DNA of 63,979 nt, filler included, from Thermoplasmatota archaeon (GCA_041623215.1; 4 parts of 4 records of this genome joined end to end with filler, not necessarily neighbours in it), one strand, 5' to 3'; counted from the whole stretch's first letter, positions 39,118-48,607 are shown. Translations and numbers: made by a program. The notes: generated by a model from the letters alone, not told the origin.

Positions 39118-39809
39118 CCGAGCCTGAACAGCGCGGCGCGGCGGTTGGCGAGGCTGGATCAGGTACCCCGTGGGCCATCTGGGACTACGGTGTTGGGAAC
39201 CTGCATAGCCTACGAATGGCACTCGAGCGAGCTGGCGCCCGTGTGGAGGTAACAACGAACGCGGACCGTTTTACCAACGCCCATGTGGCGGTCCTTCCAG
39301 GCGTCGGGGCGTTTGGCGCCGTTATGGATAGCCTAGAAGCGGTTCGAGACGGCTTGCGAGCCCGGCACGAAGCTGGGCGCCCGATTCTCGGTGTTTGCAT
39401 CGGGCACCAGGTTCTGTACGAAGGCAGCGCCGAGGACCCAGAGCACACGGGCCTGGGGCTCGTGCCTGGTCGCGTTGAGCGCTTGCCTGGGAGTGCCCCG
39501 AAAATTCCCCACATGGGCTGGAACACGCTGGAGGATTGCGCGGGCTTGCTGGCCCCTTGCCAGGATTCCTACGTGTACTATGTCCATTCCTACGCAGCCC
39601 CTCTAAAACCATCGGCGCCCGGAGCCTCTGACCGTCCGGCGGGCTCATGGCAGATGCTAGCCACCACGACCTACGGCGCGCCTTTTGCAGCTGCAATTAG
39701 GGCGGGAGAAACGGTAGGCGTCCAGTTCCATCCCGAGAAGTCGGGGGAGACGGGTGCAAGAATCTTGTCGTCGCTGGTCGAGCGATGGGGTTCCAGGCCA
39801 GGCCTGTAG
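39114..39809 (+). CDS. hisH: Imidazole glycerol phosphate synthase glutaminase subunit
   Basis: DYGVGNL, LPGVGAF, GVCIG.Q, PHMGWN, YYVHSY, QFHPEKS. Confidence 0.95.
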   Translation: MTEPEQRGAAVGEAGSGTPWAIWDYGVGNLHSLRMALERAGARVEVTTNADRFTNAHVAVLPGVGAFGAVMDSLEAVRDGLRARHEAGRPILGVCIGHQVLYEGSAEDPEHTGLGLVPGRVERLPGSAPKIPHMGWNTLEDCAGLLAPCQDSYVYYVHSYAAPLKPSAPGASDRPAGSWQMLATTTYGAPFAAAIRAGETVGVQFHPEKSGETGARILSSLVERWGSRPGL

Positions 39810-39819
39810 TCAACCGGTC

Positions 39820-39844
39820 AAGGGGAAGGGAAGAAGGGGAAGAA
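39820..39844 (-). terminator. Pyrimidine tract, putative terminator of the 39890-40510 gene
   Basis: TTCTTCCCCTTCTTCCCTTCCCCTT on the minus strand, about 45 nt after the stop codon. Confidence 0.45.
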
Positions 39845-39889
39845 CGAGTGGCGCATGTCACGCCCGACGGCTTAGTCAAGCAGGGTGGC

Positions 39890-40510
39890 CTAGGCTTCCG
39901 GGACCATCACAGAGATGGTCACGGCGCCTTGGGCGGCACCAGTGCCGGGGCCAAGGTCGAATGAAACGTCGCCGAAGGCGGGCGGCGTGCACGTGGTGCC
40001 ACCGCTGCCGTTGTCGGTTGCGGCAGACACGACCAAGCCGTTCGAGCCCATGGCAACATCGTCGCAGTCGCCAAGGCCGCTCACCGTGAACTCGTCCCAG
40101 ACGCCTTCGTCAACTTGAATCCAAATCGTCATTTCGACCGCATCGGCCGGAATGGTGATGGTGAAGTTGGCGCGCTCGGCGCTGGTTGCGCGGAAGGTTT
40201 CATTGAGGATCTCAACGGCTTCGTACGTGACGGTGACGTTGTCATCGGTCGTGGCGTTGCCATCGGTCATGTTGCCATCACCGGTTGTGGCGTTGCCATC
40301 AGTCATGTTGCCATCGCTGGTTGTGGCGTTGCCACCGTCATCGGCGCCGTCGTCCGTGGTGTTACCGTCGGCCACGCCGGTGTCGCCAGGGTCCGCCTGG
40401 TCGGCGTTGTCGCCAGCATCTTGGACCGGCTCGTCGTCGCCAAAGTCGAGGCAGCCAGCCAAACTCATGCTCACGAGAGCGAGCAGCAGAAGGGGGGTTC
40501 GTAGTCCCAT
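39890..40510 (-). CDS. Acidic lipoprotein rich in N-glycosylation sequons
   Basis: SLAGC lipobox, DGNAT/DGNMT repeats, TTATATAC about 25 nt upstream. Confidence 0.8.
   Translation of the reverse strand: MGLRTPLLLLALVSMSLAGCLDFGDDEPVQDAGDNADQADPGDTGVADGNTTDDGADDGGNATTSDGNMTDGNATTGDGNMTDGNATTDDNVTVTYEAVEILNETFRATSAERANFTITIPADAVEMTIWIQVDEGVWDEFTVSGLGDCDDVAMGSNGLVVSAATDNGSGGTTCTPPAFGDVSFDLGPGTGAAQGAVTISVMVPEA
40251..40336 (-). repeat. 36-nt coding tandem repeat (about 2.4 copies)
   Basis: GTGGCGTTGCCATC(G/A)GTCATGTTGCCATC.. at 40251, 40287 and partially at 40323. Confidence 0.85.
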
Positions 40511-40609
40511 GATGTTCGCCAAGGGACCTCGTATATAACGTCTATAGATGACCACATGCACGGTGCCAGCCAAGCCTTCAAGCGCAGACGCCATCCGGGG
40601 ATTGTCGCC

Positions 40610-41028
40610 ATGGACATTTACCCGGCTATCGATCTGCAAGGAGGCCACGTCGTCCAACTCGTGGGCGGCGACCCCGACCGCGTCGCAGTCAAAGAAGACC
40701 GGACTCCCGCCGAGCAGGCAGGCTACTGGCGTCGCCTCGGGGCACGGCGCTTTCATGTCATCGACTTAGATGCGGCGCTAGGTCGCGGCGACAACCTGTC
40801 GCAGTTGCAAGGCATTTTGGGGCACGGCGAGCCGGTGACCTTCGGCGGCGGCGTTCGCCACATGATGGACATCGAATCCCTGCTGGCCAGAGGCATTGGC
40901 CGCGTCATTGTCGGAACGCAAGGAGTGCGCAATCCTCGGTGGCTGCGAGAAGTTGCGGCCATCTACCCCGGGAAAATCGTCCTCGCCATTGACGCGCGTG
41001 GCCGAGACGTCGTCGTCAAGGGCTGGAC
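40610..41028 (+). CDS. hisA: HisA (ProFAR isomerase) family protein, 3'-truncated
   Basis: IYPAIDL.GG.VVQLVGG, HVIDLDAA, GGGVR, AIDAR...VKGW. Confidence 0.9.
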
Positions 41029-41128
41029 NNNNNNNNNNNNNNNNNNNNNNNNNNNNNNNNNNNNNNNNNNNNTTAATTAATTAANNNNNNNNNNNNNNNN
41101 NNNNNNNNNNNNNNNNNNNNNNNNNNNN
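41029..41128. other. Artificial contig linker
   Basis: N44-TTAATTAATTAA-N44. Confidence 0.97.
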
Positions 41129-42027
41129 CGTCGGGCACGATGGCCAACCAAATCGCAGCCTGGGTTCACACGGCGCGTCACGGCGCCATTGTGGCGGAGG
41201 AAAACAGCCACCTCGCGTTGTACGAGGGCGGTGGCGCCGCCCTACTGGCAGGCGCCCAGTTGCGAACCGTGGCAGCCCAGCGCGGCGTCTTTGGCCCCGG
41301 CGCCCTGGACCGATTTTGGTTCCCGGACGACCCCCACTTCGCCACCACCAAGATGATTGCCATCGAGAACACGCACAATTGGCACGGCGGCACCATCTGG
41401 ACGCCGGAGGAGGTTGCGGCCATTCAGGACACAGCCCATGGCCATGGCGCCATGGTGCACATGGATGGAGCCCGCCTGTGGCATGCCGCAATTGCTCGTG
41501 ACCAGCCGGAGACCGCCTGGACCGCCCACGTTGATTCCGTCATGTGCTGCCTGTCCAAGGGGCTGTCTGCTCCCGTAGGCAGCGTCCTAGCTGGCAATGC
41601 CGACTTCATTCACAAGGCACGAACCGTCCGCAAAGTGCTGGGTGGGGGTATGCGCCAAGCGGGCATCATCGCAGCGGCCGGATTGGAAGCGCTGACCCGC
41701 ATGCGGGATCGCCTCTCCGAAGACCACGCCAATGCCACAACGCTCGCCTCCGCCTTGCAGGACCTACCCGGGCTAGAGCTTCTTGGCATGCCAGAAACCA
41801 ACATCGTGTATTGCGACGTGGCCGCCTCGGGCATGAGCGCCGCCCAATTCGTTGCAAATGCGGATGCCGTGGGGGTTCGTTGCTTGTTCCGTGACGCCGG
41901 CTCCGTGGTCCGCTTCGTGACGCACCGCCACGTGAGTCGAGCCGACATGGAAGAAGCGGCAGCGCGGCTCCAAACGGTCGTTTCGGGGGCCGCGGCGGGG
42001 TCGGTGCAGCGGACGGTGGCGCCGTGA
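41129..42027 (+). CDS. ltaE: Low-specificity L-threonine aldolase, 5'-truncated
   Basis: SGTMANQIA, ENTHN..GG, HMDGARL, CLSKGL.APVGS, GGGMRQAG. Confidence 0.93.
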
Positions 42028-42515
42028 CGCCGCCCGCGGCAACCGTACGTTATGCCGATTGCCTCGTGGTCCGAATGACGCCCGAGGACAACGATGAGTG
42101 GCTGGTGTTGAAGCGAAGTGAACAGGTAATTTTGCCGGGTGCCTGGCAACCCGTGCAAGGCCACATCGAAGCGGGCGAAACTGCCTATCAATGCGCGGCC
42201 AGGGAACTTCGGGAGGAGACCGGTCTACGTCCGAAGGCGTTCTACCAAGTCTCCGCCATCAACCGGTTCTACTTGGCACAGTACGACCAAGTCATTCTGT
42301 CGCCGGTTTTCCTTGCCGTGGTGGCCAGCAACGCCAAGGTGCAACTCTCAGATGAGCACGAGAGCTACGCATGGCTTACGCCCGATGACGCGGCAAAGCG
42401 CATGCAGTGGCCAGGCCAGCGAGAATCCTTGTGGACCGCGCGCGAACAATTCATTCTTGACCCCGCGCCACGGCCAGAAAGTCGCATTGACCACTTGCTC
42501 GATGGGACAAGCTAG
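42024..42515 (+). CDS. NUDIX hydrolase (NudB-like)
   Basis: WQPVQG followed by the Nudix box GHIEAGETAYQCAARELREETGL; LSDEH. Confidence 0.9.
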   Translation: MTPPAATVRYADCLVVRMTPEDNDEWLVLKRSEQVILPGAWQPVQGHIEAGETAYQCAARELREETGLRPKAFYQVSAINRFYLAQYDQVILSPVFLAVVASNAKVQLSDEHESYAWLTPDDAAKRMQWPGQRESLWTAREQFILDPAPRPESRIDHLLDGTS

Positions 42516-43450
42516 TCGAGCCAGTGCACGTCCAGACGGGCCACCACATCGGCAGCGACCCCACCATCGCTATCGACCATGAGGACCCACTCCGATGCCG
42601 GATACGATTCGACGGCGCCGACGCAGGTACCCCCCGCACCGACTCCGAGCGTCGGGCCGATGATACAACGAACCATGGGTTCGCCGTCGGCAAACACAAG
42701 CACCGCCACGTCGCCCGCGGCAGGGCCATGATTCACAACGAGTTCAGCAAAGGCCGGGGCGTGGGGGCCGTAAATGGTCTCGCTTTCCGTGGAGAATGGG
42801 GTGACCGTTGCCTCAATTGTGACGCTGTCCGAGTAGCCGCCTGCGGAAGCCTCCTTGAAGGCGGCCTCGGGGCCGTTGAAGTCGTCGTCCATGACCGTGC
42901 CATTGCGCGCATTGATGACGGCACCATAGGAAGTGCCGTTGCCCTCCTCGCGCTCAATGAACCAGTAGGGTTCGCCATCATCGGCCGCCAAGCTCCAGAA
43001 GGTGCTTGTGTTGGCCGCCGGCGCAGGCCAATCCAGTTCGCGCCGCAGAATGGCCGGCAACTCGTCCGAGTCAATGCGCCAATCTGCAATGGGCTCGATG
43101 CCAGGCAGGTCCTCCTCGTCAAGTGGACCATACGCTTCTGCCAGCACTCCCAGCGCTCCGGCAACAATGGCGCCGTAGCCGTGGGTGTCATTCTTGAACG
43201 CGTAGGCCCAGATGGGCGCCTTGCCGTCTGCTTGGACGGCATCAGCATGCACTTCGAAAGTCCAATCATCGTCCACGAGGCGGCGAAACGGCTCCAGACC
43301 CCCAACCCACATGAGACGGGCATCCGTCAGGTGGTCGGCGGCTTCATCGGCCGCCATGTCGCGGCCCTCCTTGGCCGAAATGGTGCCATCGTCGTCGAGG
43401 CAACCGGCAAACATTAGAGTCGCGAGACTGGCAAAGACCAACCACTTCAT
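42512..43450 (-). CDS. Hypothetical lipoprotein
   Basis: MKWLVFASLATLMFAGCLDDD lipobox; acidic composition; possible PepSY-like AVINARNG motif. Confidence 0.75.
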   Translation of the reverse strand: MKWLVFASLATLMFAGCLDDDGTISAKEGRDMAADEAADHLTDARLMWVGGLEPFRRLVDDDWTFEVHADAVQADGKAPIWAYAFKNDTHGYGAIVAGALGVLAEAYGPLDEEDLPGIEPIADWRIDSDELPAILRRELDWPAPAANTSTFWSLAADDGEPYWFIEREEGNGTSYGAVINARNGTVMDDDFNGPEAAFKEASAGGYSDSVTIEATVTPFSTESETIYGPHAPAFAELVVNHGPAAGDVAVLVFADGEPMVRCIIGPTLGVGAGGTCVGAVESYPASEWVLMVDSDGGVAADVVARLDVHWLD

Positions 43451-43542
43451 GGCCGCCCATGGCGGAGCGCCAGCCATGAACCTTGTGGATAGCCTTGCCA
43501 TGAGTCCGCTCGCGCTAAGAGTAGTCAGGACTTGCCAGCCAT

Positions 43543-45237
43543 GTGCCCGAGCACCAGGCCCCGGTCATCGTGGCGGATTGGACGGAGCGTCACCGCCCGC
43601 GAGGGCTGGCGGATCTTGTTGGCAACGGGCCGAGCATCAAGAAGCTCGCCGCTTGGGCCGAGGCATGGCAAACGGGGAAGCCTCCGGCCAAGCGAGCGGT
43701 CGTGTTGGCGGGCCCACCCGGGACGGGTAAGACCAGTGCTGCCTTGGCGCTAGCCGCCGACATGGGCTGGCCCGTCATCGAGTTGAATGCTAGTGATGCC
43801 CGCAACGCCGACGCCATCAAACGGGTGGCGGGAGCCGGCGCCGTCCACCAAACCTTTGGCAGCGACGGGTCGTTTCAGGGGGCCGGCAATGAGCGGGGAC
43901 GAAAACTCATCATCCTAGACGAGGCGGACAACCTGACCGAGCGATTGTCGGGCGAAAACGCGGCCGGCGGTGGCGGTGCAGGCAGCGGCAAGGACTTGTC
44001 TGATAAGGGTGGCAAGGCCGCCATCTTGGCAACCATCCGCGAAACCAAGCAACCCATCATTCTCATTGTCAATGACCTTTACGCGCTGACCCGGGGGGCG
44101 GGCTCGGCCCTCAAGGGGCTCGCTGAGACCCTCAAGTTCACCCGCGTCAACGTCCGCAGCATCCCAAAGGCGCTGGCCAACATCGCTCGCGCCGAAGGCA
44201 TCGACGTGGAACCAGCCGTGTTCGAGGCCATTGCGGGGCGGGCCGGAGGCGACTTGCGCGCGGCCGTGCGCGACTTGGAATCCATTTGCCGCGGCCGCAC
44301 CACGGTTACATCAGCCGACCTAGCCAGCCTCGGCGACCGAGATGCCACGGGCAACATGTTCGACCATGTGGCCCACATCCTCAAGCAGGCACCCTTCGCG
44401 GAACTGCGCCGGGAGGGCATGAGCATTGATGCCACACCCGAGGATTTGGTGCTCTGGGTCGATGAGAATTTACCCAAGGAATACAAACATCCCGAGGACC
44501 TTGTGGCCGGCTACGAGGCCCTGAGTCGCGCCGATGTGTTTCTTGGCCGGACGCGGCGCAAGCAGCACTACCGGCTCTGGGCGTATGCCGGGGATTTGGC
44601 CCGGCTAGGGGTATCGGCCGCTCGGCAGCACCCCAAACCGCGCGGCGGCCGCTTCGAACCGCTCGGCTTCCCGCAGTGGCTCTCCAAAATGGGCCGTACC
44701 AAGGGCATCCGGCAGAGCCGCGACCAACTGACCGCAGCCATCGCGGTCAGCATGCACATGAGCCGGTCTAAGGCGCGATTGCACCAATTCGAGACCATTG
44801 CTCGGCTCTGCCAGATGGATGAACCATTTGCCATCTCCTGCGCCTTTGCGTGGGACCTCACGGATGCGCAAGTCGAGGCCTTGCTCGGGCCGGCTGCAAC
44901 CACGGCGCGCGTCAAAGCGGTCCGCGACGGTGTCAAACAACGCCAAGCGGAAGAAGCGGAGGCGAGCTTGGCTCGGGCCAAGGCGGCCGCCGTAGGCGGG
45001 ACCGGTGCGCGACAGGCAGGAATCGCGGCACCAGGGGGAGGTTTGGCCGGTTTCTCTGACGACACCGAGGACGAGGTGCAGCCCGCCGAGCCTGCGGACG
45101 AGGCGGGTGCGGGCGTCGGCGCATCGGGCGAAGCCGGCAGCGACGATGGCGAAGGCCACCCCGAGGGTGACTCGGCAGATGCCGCCCGGCGGCCCCCCCG
45201 TCCAAGCGCCGGCGACGGCCAACGGACGCTTTTCTAA
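43543..45237 (+). CDS. rfcL: Replication factor C large subunit
   Basis: WTERHRP, GPPGTGKT, ELNASD, DEADNL, GDLR; C-terminal QRTLF PIP-box-like motif. Confidence 0.95.
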   Translation: MPEHQAPVIVADWTERHRPRGLADLVGNGPSIKKLAAWAEAWQTGKPPAKRAVVLAGPPGTGKTSAALALAADMGWPVIELNASDARNADAIKRVAGAGAVHQTFGSDGSFQGAGNERGRKLIILDEADNLTERLSGENAAGGGGAGSGKDLSDKGGKAAILATIRETKQPIILIVNDLYALTRGAGSALKGLAETLKFTRVNVRSIPKALANIARAEGIDVEPAVFEAIAGRAGGDLRAAVRDLESICRGRTTVTSADLASLGDRDATGNMFDHVAHILKQAPFAELRREGMSIDATPEDLVLWVDENLPKEYKHPEDLVAGYEALSRADVFLGRTRRKQHYRLWAYAGDLARLGVSAARQHPKPRGGRFEPLGFPQWLSKMGRTKGIRQSRDQLTAAIAVSMHMSRSKARLHQFETIARLCQMDEPFAISCAFAWDLTDAQVEALLGPAATTARVKAVRDGVKQRQAEEAEASLARAKAAAVGGTGARQAGIAAPGGGLAGFSDDTEDEVQPAEPADEAGAGVGASGEAGSDDGEGHPEGDSADAARRPPRPSAGDGQRTLF

Positions 45238-45251
45238 CGCGGCGGACCGCC

Positions 45252-45836
45252 TTAGAGCCGAACCGCTTCCCAGGCGTCTAGGAAGCCCGCCACGAGTTTG
45301 TCCGGTGGCCGATGCGCCATGAGAAGCTGCATGACATGATCGGCATCGCGAACCGCAACAGGGCGACGGCGCCCATCCTCCAATGTCTCGAGGATGTTTT
45401 CCTTCAGGAGACCCTTGACGTGATGATGCAGCGTGCCGCGCGCCAGGCCCATCCGCGGCGCCAGTTCGCCTAGCGTCATCGGACCCTCATCCAGCAAGTG
45501 AAGCACAAGTTGCAACGGGACTGGGCGCCGCAGCCAAGCCAAGACCCGGCGGTCGTCGGGGTCCACCGCATCAATGGCTCCCGCCACGCTGCGCTTGGTC
45601 GGCCACAACGTGATGCGCTCGCCATCTTCCCGTTGCTTGACGAGGCCATGCTTGGTCAGAACCCGTGCGTGGTACTTGACGTGATTAATCTCCAAGCCCG
45701 CTTCCTGGGCGACGCCGCTGAGGTGCAAACCGGGGTGGCGTGCAATGGTATCGTGCACACGCCGACGGGTGTCCAGGTCGAGGACCGTGGTTGCTTCAGC
45801 AGCAGCCGCCAATGCCACGACGAATGCGGCGTCCAT
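45252..45836 (-). CDS. Tandem winged-helix transcriptional regulator
   Basis: VLDLDTRRRV..I..HPGLHL and a second HTH LGELAPRMGLARGTLHHHV; paralog of 1678-2304. Confidence 0.85.
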   Translation of the reverse strand: MDAAFVVALAAAAEATTVLDLDTRRRVHDTIARHPGLHLSGVAQEAGLEINHVKYHARVLTKHGLVKQREDGERITLWPTKRSVAGAIDAVDPDDRRVLAWLRRPVPLQLVLHLLDEGPMTLGELAPRMGLARGTLHHHVKGLLKENILETLEDGRRRPVAVRDADHVMQLLMAHRPPDKLVAGFLDAWEAVRL

Positions 45837-45837
45837 G

Positions 45838-46116
45838 CTACAAGGTGGCGCGATAGAACGCGCCGAGGGCCACAAGATCTAGGGTTAGCGTGGCCAACAT
45901 CCAACGTTGCCAATCGGGCGTCGCGAAGAGGGCGACCGCGAGAACGAGGGCCTTGCCTGCTAGCAAGCTGAAGGCAGTGGCGAGCCAGAAGACGCGGGGC
46001 GTTGGCGTGTAGCGCCAACTTCGCCAGGCAACGAACGTGAGGGCCCCGGAGACTGCCAAGAGGGCGGCAGCCACGAGGTTCTCGGCGATCAAGGAGCCTC
46101 CCGCAGACGTTTCCAC
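45838..46116 (-). CDS. Small membrane protein (about 3 TM helices)
   Basis: VAWRSWR...RVFWLATAF; paralog of 1400-1669 and again directly upstream of a wHTH gene. Confidence 0.75.
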   Translation of the reverse strand: METSAGGSLIAENLVAAALLAVSGALTFVAWRSWRYTPTPRVFWLATAFSLLAGKALVLAVALFATPDWQRWMLATLTLDLVALGAFYRATL

Positions 46117-47000
46117 ATGGGAAAGCCGACCACCGCTGCGACCGTCAAGAAAGCAAGGGCGAATAGTACCGGGTTGCCTGCAATGGCGCGGGCGGCAGCA
46201 ACCAGTTGTTCGCTCGGCGTGCGCGTGAACGCGAGCGTGGTAGAACTCTCTTCACCCGCCGGCAACGGGGCATACCACGTCCAGCCATCCTGATAGGTGG
46301 CAAGGATGGCGCCAACGTCCACGGTGAGATTGTAGGGTGCCGCTTCCAGCCGCCAGGTGCCGTCTTCGAAGACGGCCTCACTATTGGTAGTGCGCACCCG
46401 CAGGGAGAACAAGGTGCCCGGCTGACTGCGGTCCGGCGGGTCGAGCTGAAAGGACAGCGCGGTCGCCGTGGGCTGTTGCACCGCGTCGAGCTTGAGGCTG
46501 ATGGACAAAACACCCGCCTCGCCGCGCCCCGGTCCGCCGAGGGGCAGCGTATCGTTGCCATTGGCAGGCGGAGGAATGGCGTAAGTGGCCGTTGCCCCGT
46601 GGCGCGTTTGGAGGTTGGGCTCAGCCATCATGGATGCTTGCAAGCCAGCGAGGGGGATTTCACGCACAACGGCATCAGGCAACGAAAAGCGGCCGTCACC
46701 ATCCACATCATGAAACTCCTGGAGGCTATCGAACACAAAGCGCTGCTCGAGATTCACAATCTCTGGTTCCAGCGCAACCAGGCGAGCATGGAGGGTCGCG
46801 GTGGCCAGGGAGAAGGAGTGGATGACGAGATCGCGGTGGGCACCGTCATCGAGGGTGCTTCGCAGGGAGGCGCCATCCGGCACAATATCAACAGACACCT
46901 CTCGGTGACGCTCATGCCACTCCGGGTGCTCGGGCTTGGCAAGGCCCCCTGGAATGGAAGCCAGCAATAGGCCAATGGCAAGAACGGTCAGGATACGCAT
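46089..47000 (-). CDS. Secreted, C-terminally membrane-anchored protein
   Basis: Signal peptide, DVDGDG calcium-loop-like motif, C-terminal TM helix plus KRLR. Confidence 0.75.
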   Translation of the reverse strand: MRILTVLAIGLLLASIPGGLAKPEHPEWHERHREVSVDIVPDGASLRSTLDDGAHRDLVIHSFSLATATLHARLVALEPEIVNLEQRFVFDSLQEFHDVDGDGRFSLPDAVVREIPLAGLQASMMAEPNLQTRHGATATYAIPPPANGNDTLPLGGPGRGEAGVLSISLKLDAVQQPTATALSFQLDPPDRSQPGTLFSLRVRTTNSEAVFEDGTWRLEAAPYNLTVDVGAILATYQDGWTWYAPLPAGEESSTTLAFTRTPSEQLVAAARAIAGNPVLFALAFLTVAAVVGFPMWKRLREAP

Positions 47001-47071
47001 GGTTTCACCGAGGGTCTCGGGGCCTCAAAAGCCGCACGAACGAGGAAGCGGAGGAGACGAGTAGGATTGTT

Positions 47072-47097
47072 GAAAAAGGGAGAAGGAGGGAGAAGAA
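47072..47097 (-). terminator. Pyrimidine tract, putative terminator
   Basis: TTCTTCTCCCTCCTTCTCCCTTTTTC on the minus strand, 14 nt after the PKD gene stop. Confidence 0.5.
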
Positions 47098-47111
47098 CAA
47101 CCATTGGTCGA

Positions 47112-47861
47112 TTAGTGGTCAATGACCAGGGTGCCAAGGACGTCCACGATACCGGAGGTAGCTTCGATTTCCAGCGTGTATTCGCCAGGGCCGGCGGGCG
47201 GCACCAGGAAGCTCAGTTCGTCGTCGGCATCCACATCCAAGACCTCAATGGCAATGGCTTCGCCATCGGCATCGAGGATGCGGACCGTCAGTTGGCTTTG
47301 GCCAACCGGCAGTTGGTCGGTGGCAGTCAGCGTCACGTTTAGGCTGTGCGCCGTTGCGCCGGCCACGAAGGCGAGGCGGTAGAGCCGACCCTGCGAGTCG
47401 GGCAGCGGGGAGGCTTCCGTAAGGAGCGCCTCGACGGCGTGCACTTCGTCCACGACGATTGTGGTTGCCATGCTAGCGACTTCAGTGGTGGCCACGTCGT
47501 CGCCAATCTGTTCCGTAATGGTCAGGGTGGCAACGTAGTGTCCGCCGCGTTCGTAGGCGTGTTCGATGACGGCCTCTTCGGAGGCGTTGACGGTGAGGTT
47601 GGTTCCGTCGCCTAGGTCGAAGTGCCAGACCGTAATGGTCGCAGCATCTGTCGAAGGCGTGGAGTTGCGGCCGTCAAACGTGACCGTTTGGCCGTTGGTT
47701 GTTTCACTCGTGCTGGATTCCAGGACCGCGTTGGGGGCGGTCATGGGGGCCGCCTGATCGTCCTCCAGGCAGCCGGCCAGCGGGACCATGGCCAGAATGG
47801 CCATGCTCACGAGGCACAGGCGTTTGTTGGTGGGGCGTGGGTGTTTCACGGTTGTCACCAA
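47112..47861 (-). CDS. PKD-domain lipoprotein
   Basis: PLAGC lipobox; VTFDGRNS, WHFDLGDG, HAY..GG.Y...LTIT; start uncertain. Confidence 0.82.
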   Translation of the reverse strand: MVTTVKHPRPTNKRLCLVSMAILAMVPLAGCLEDDQAAPMTAPNAVLESSTSETTNGQTVTFDGRNSTPSTDAATITVWHFDLGDGTNLTVNASEEAVIEHAYERGGHYVATLTITEQIGDDVATTEVASMATTIVVDEVHAVEALLTEASPLPDSQGRLYRLAFVAGATAHSLNVTLTATDQLPVGQSQLTVRILDADGEAIAIEVLDVDADDELSFLVPPAGPGEYTLEIEATSGIVDVLGTLVIDH

Positions 47862-47914
47862 TGGGCCATGGTGCGGCCGTGGTACTTAGGTCGCTTTTCA
47901 GACGATTCGGCACT

Positions 47915-48268
47915 TCACGCTAGGCGCCAGCCAAGCCACGCCAGGAGAGGCCCTCCGAGAGCATTGGCGGCCACGTTCACCCCGGCTAGGCCGGTGCGAC
48001 CTTCCCGCACAAGTTCCACGGTTTCGACGCTGTAGGTTGACAGGGTCGTAAAGGCGCCAAGAAACCCAACCGCCATCAGCAGGCGAGCGCGGTGCTCCAT
48101 GCCGTGGTCCAGGAAGAGAAAGCCCAACAGAAACGCGCCTGCCAGGTTCACCGCCAAGGTATGCCACGGGAACGCAAGACGCGGCACGGCGGTGCTGACT
48201 AGGAAACGTGCGACGGCGCCGGCGGCCCCACCGACTGCAACCCACAGGACAGAGGTCAATTGGGGCAT
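47915..48268 (-). CDS. crcB: Fluoride efflux channel CrcB/Fluc
   Basis: [35 protein letters not shown]. Confidence 0.93.
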   Translation of the reverse strand: MPQLTSVLWVAVGGAAGAVARFLVSTAVPRLAFPWHTLAVNLAGAFLLGFLFLDHGMEHRARLLMAVGFLGAFTTLSTYSVETVELVREGRTGLAGVNVAANALGGPLLAWLGWRLA

Positions 48269-48293
48269 GGAACAGGTGGCCAACGGGCTTAGC

Positions 48294-48302
48294 GTTATAT
48301 AC
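48294..48302. promoter_or_regulatory. TATA box, possibly bidirectional (crcB / rps17e)
   Basis: GTTATATAC centred at 48298, 30 nt from both ATG 48268 (-) and ATG 48328 (+). Confidence 0.65.
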
Positions 48303-48327
48303 AGCGGCCAGTCACGACGGTTTGTCC

Positions 48328-48561
48328 ATGGGCAACATCCGTCCGACCTACATCAAGCGCGTCGCCATCGAACTGGTGGAACGATTCAACGACCAATTCA
48401 CTGGTGACTTTGAGCACAACAAGAAGATGGTCGATGAACTGACTGATGTCAGTAGCACCAGCTTCCGCAACCGCATCGCCGGTTACGTGACGACCTACCG
48501 CCGCAACTGGGAATCCAGTACGGTCGAACAAGACGACGACGACGTCCCCGCCGCTGCGTAA
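48328..48561 (+). CDS. rps17e: 30S ribosomal protein S17e
   Basis: [26 protein letters not shown]. Confidence 0.96.
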   Translation: MGNIRPTYIKRVAIELVERFNDQFTGDFEHNKKMVDELTDVSSTSFRNRIAGYVTTYRRNWESSTVEQDDDDVPAAA

Positions 48562-48607
48562 GCAGTTGTCAATTGGAGCTGGCCCGGCCGGCTCATGGCA
48601 CGCATGC

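Noticed and set aside
40251..40336. 36-nt repeats as a CRISPR array
   Set aside because: Tandem, without spacers, and in frame within a coding sequence
48269..48327. Fluoride riboswitch upstream of crcB
   Set aside because: Only 59 nt, occupied by a TATA box; no GGCGATGG...CTGATG consensus
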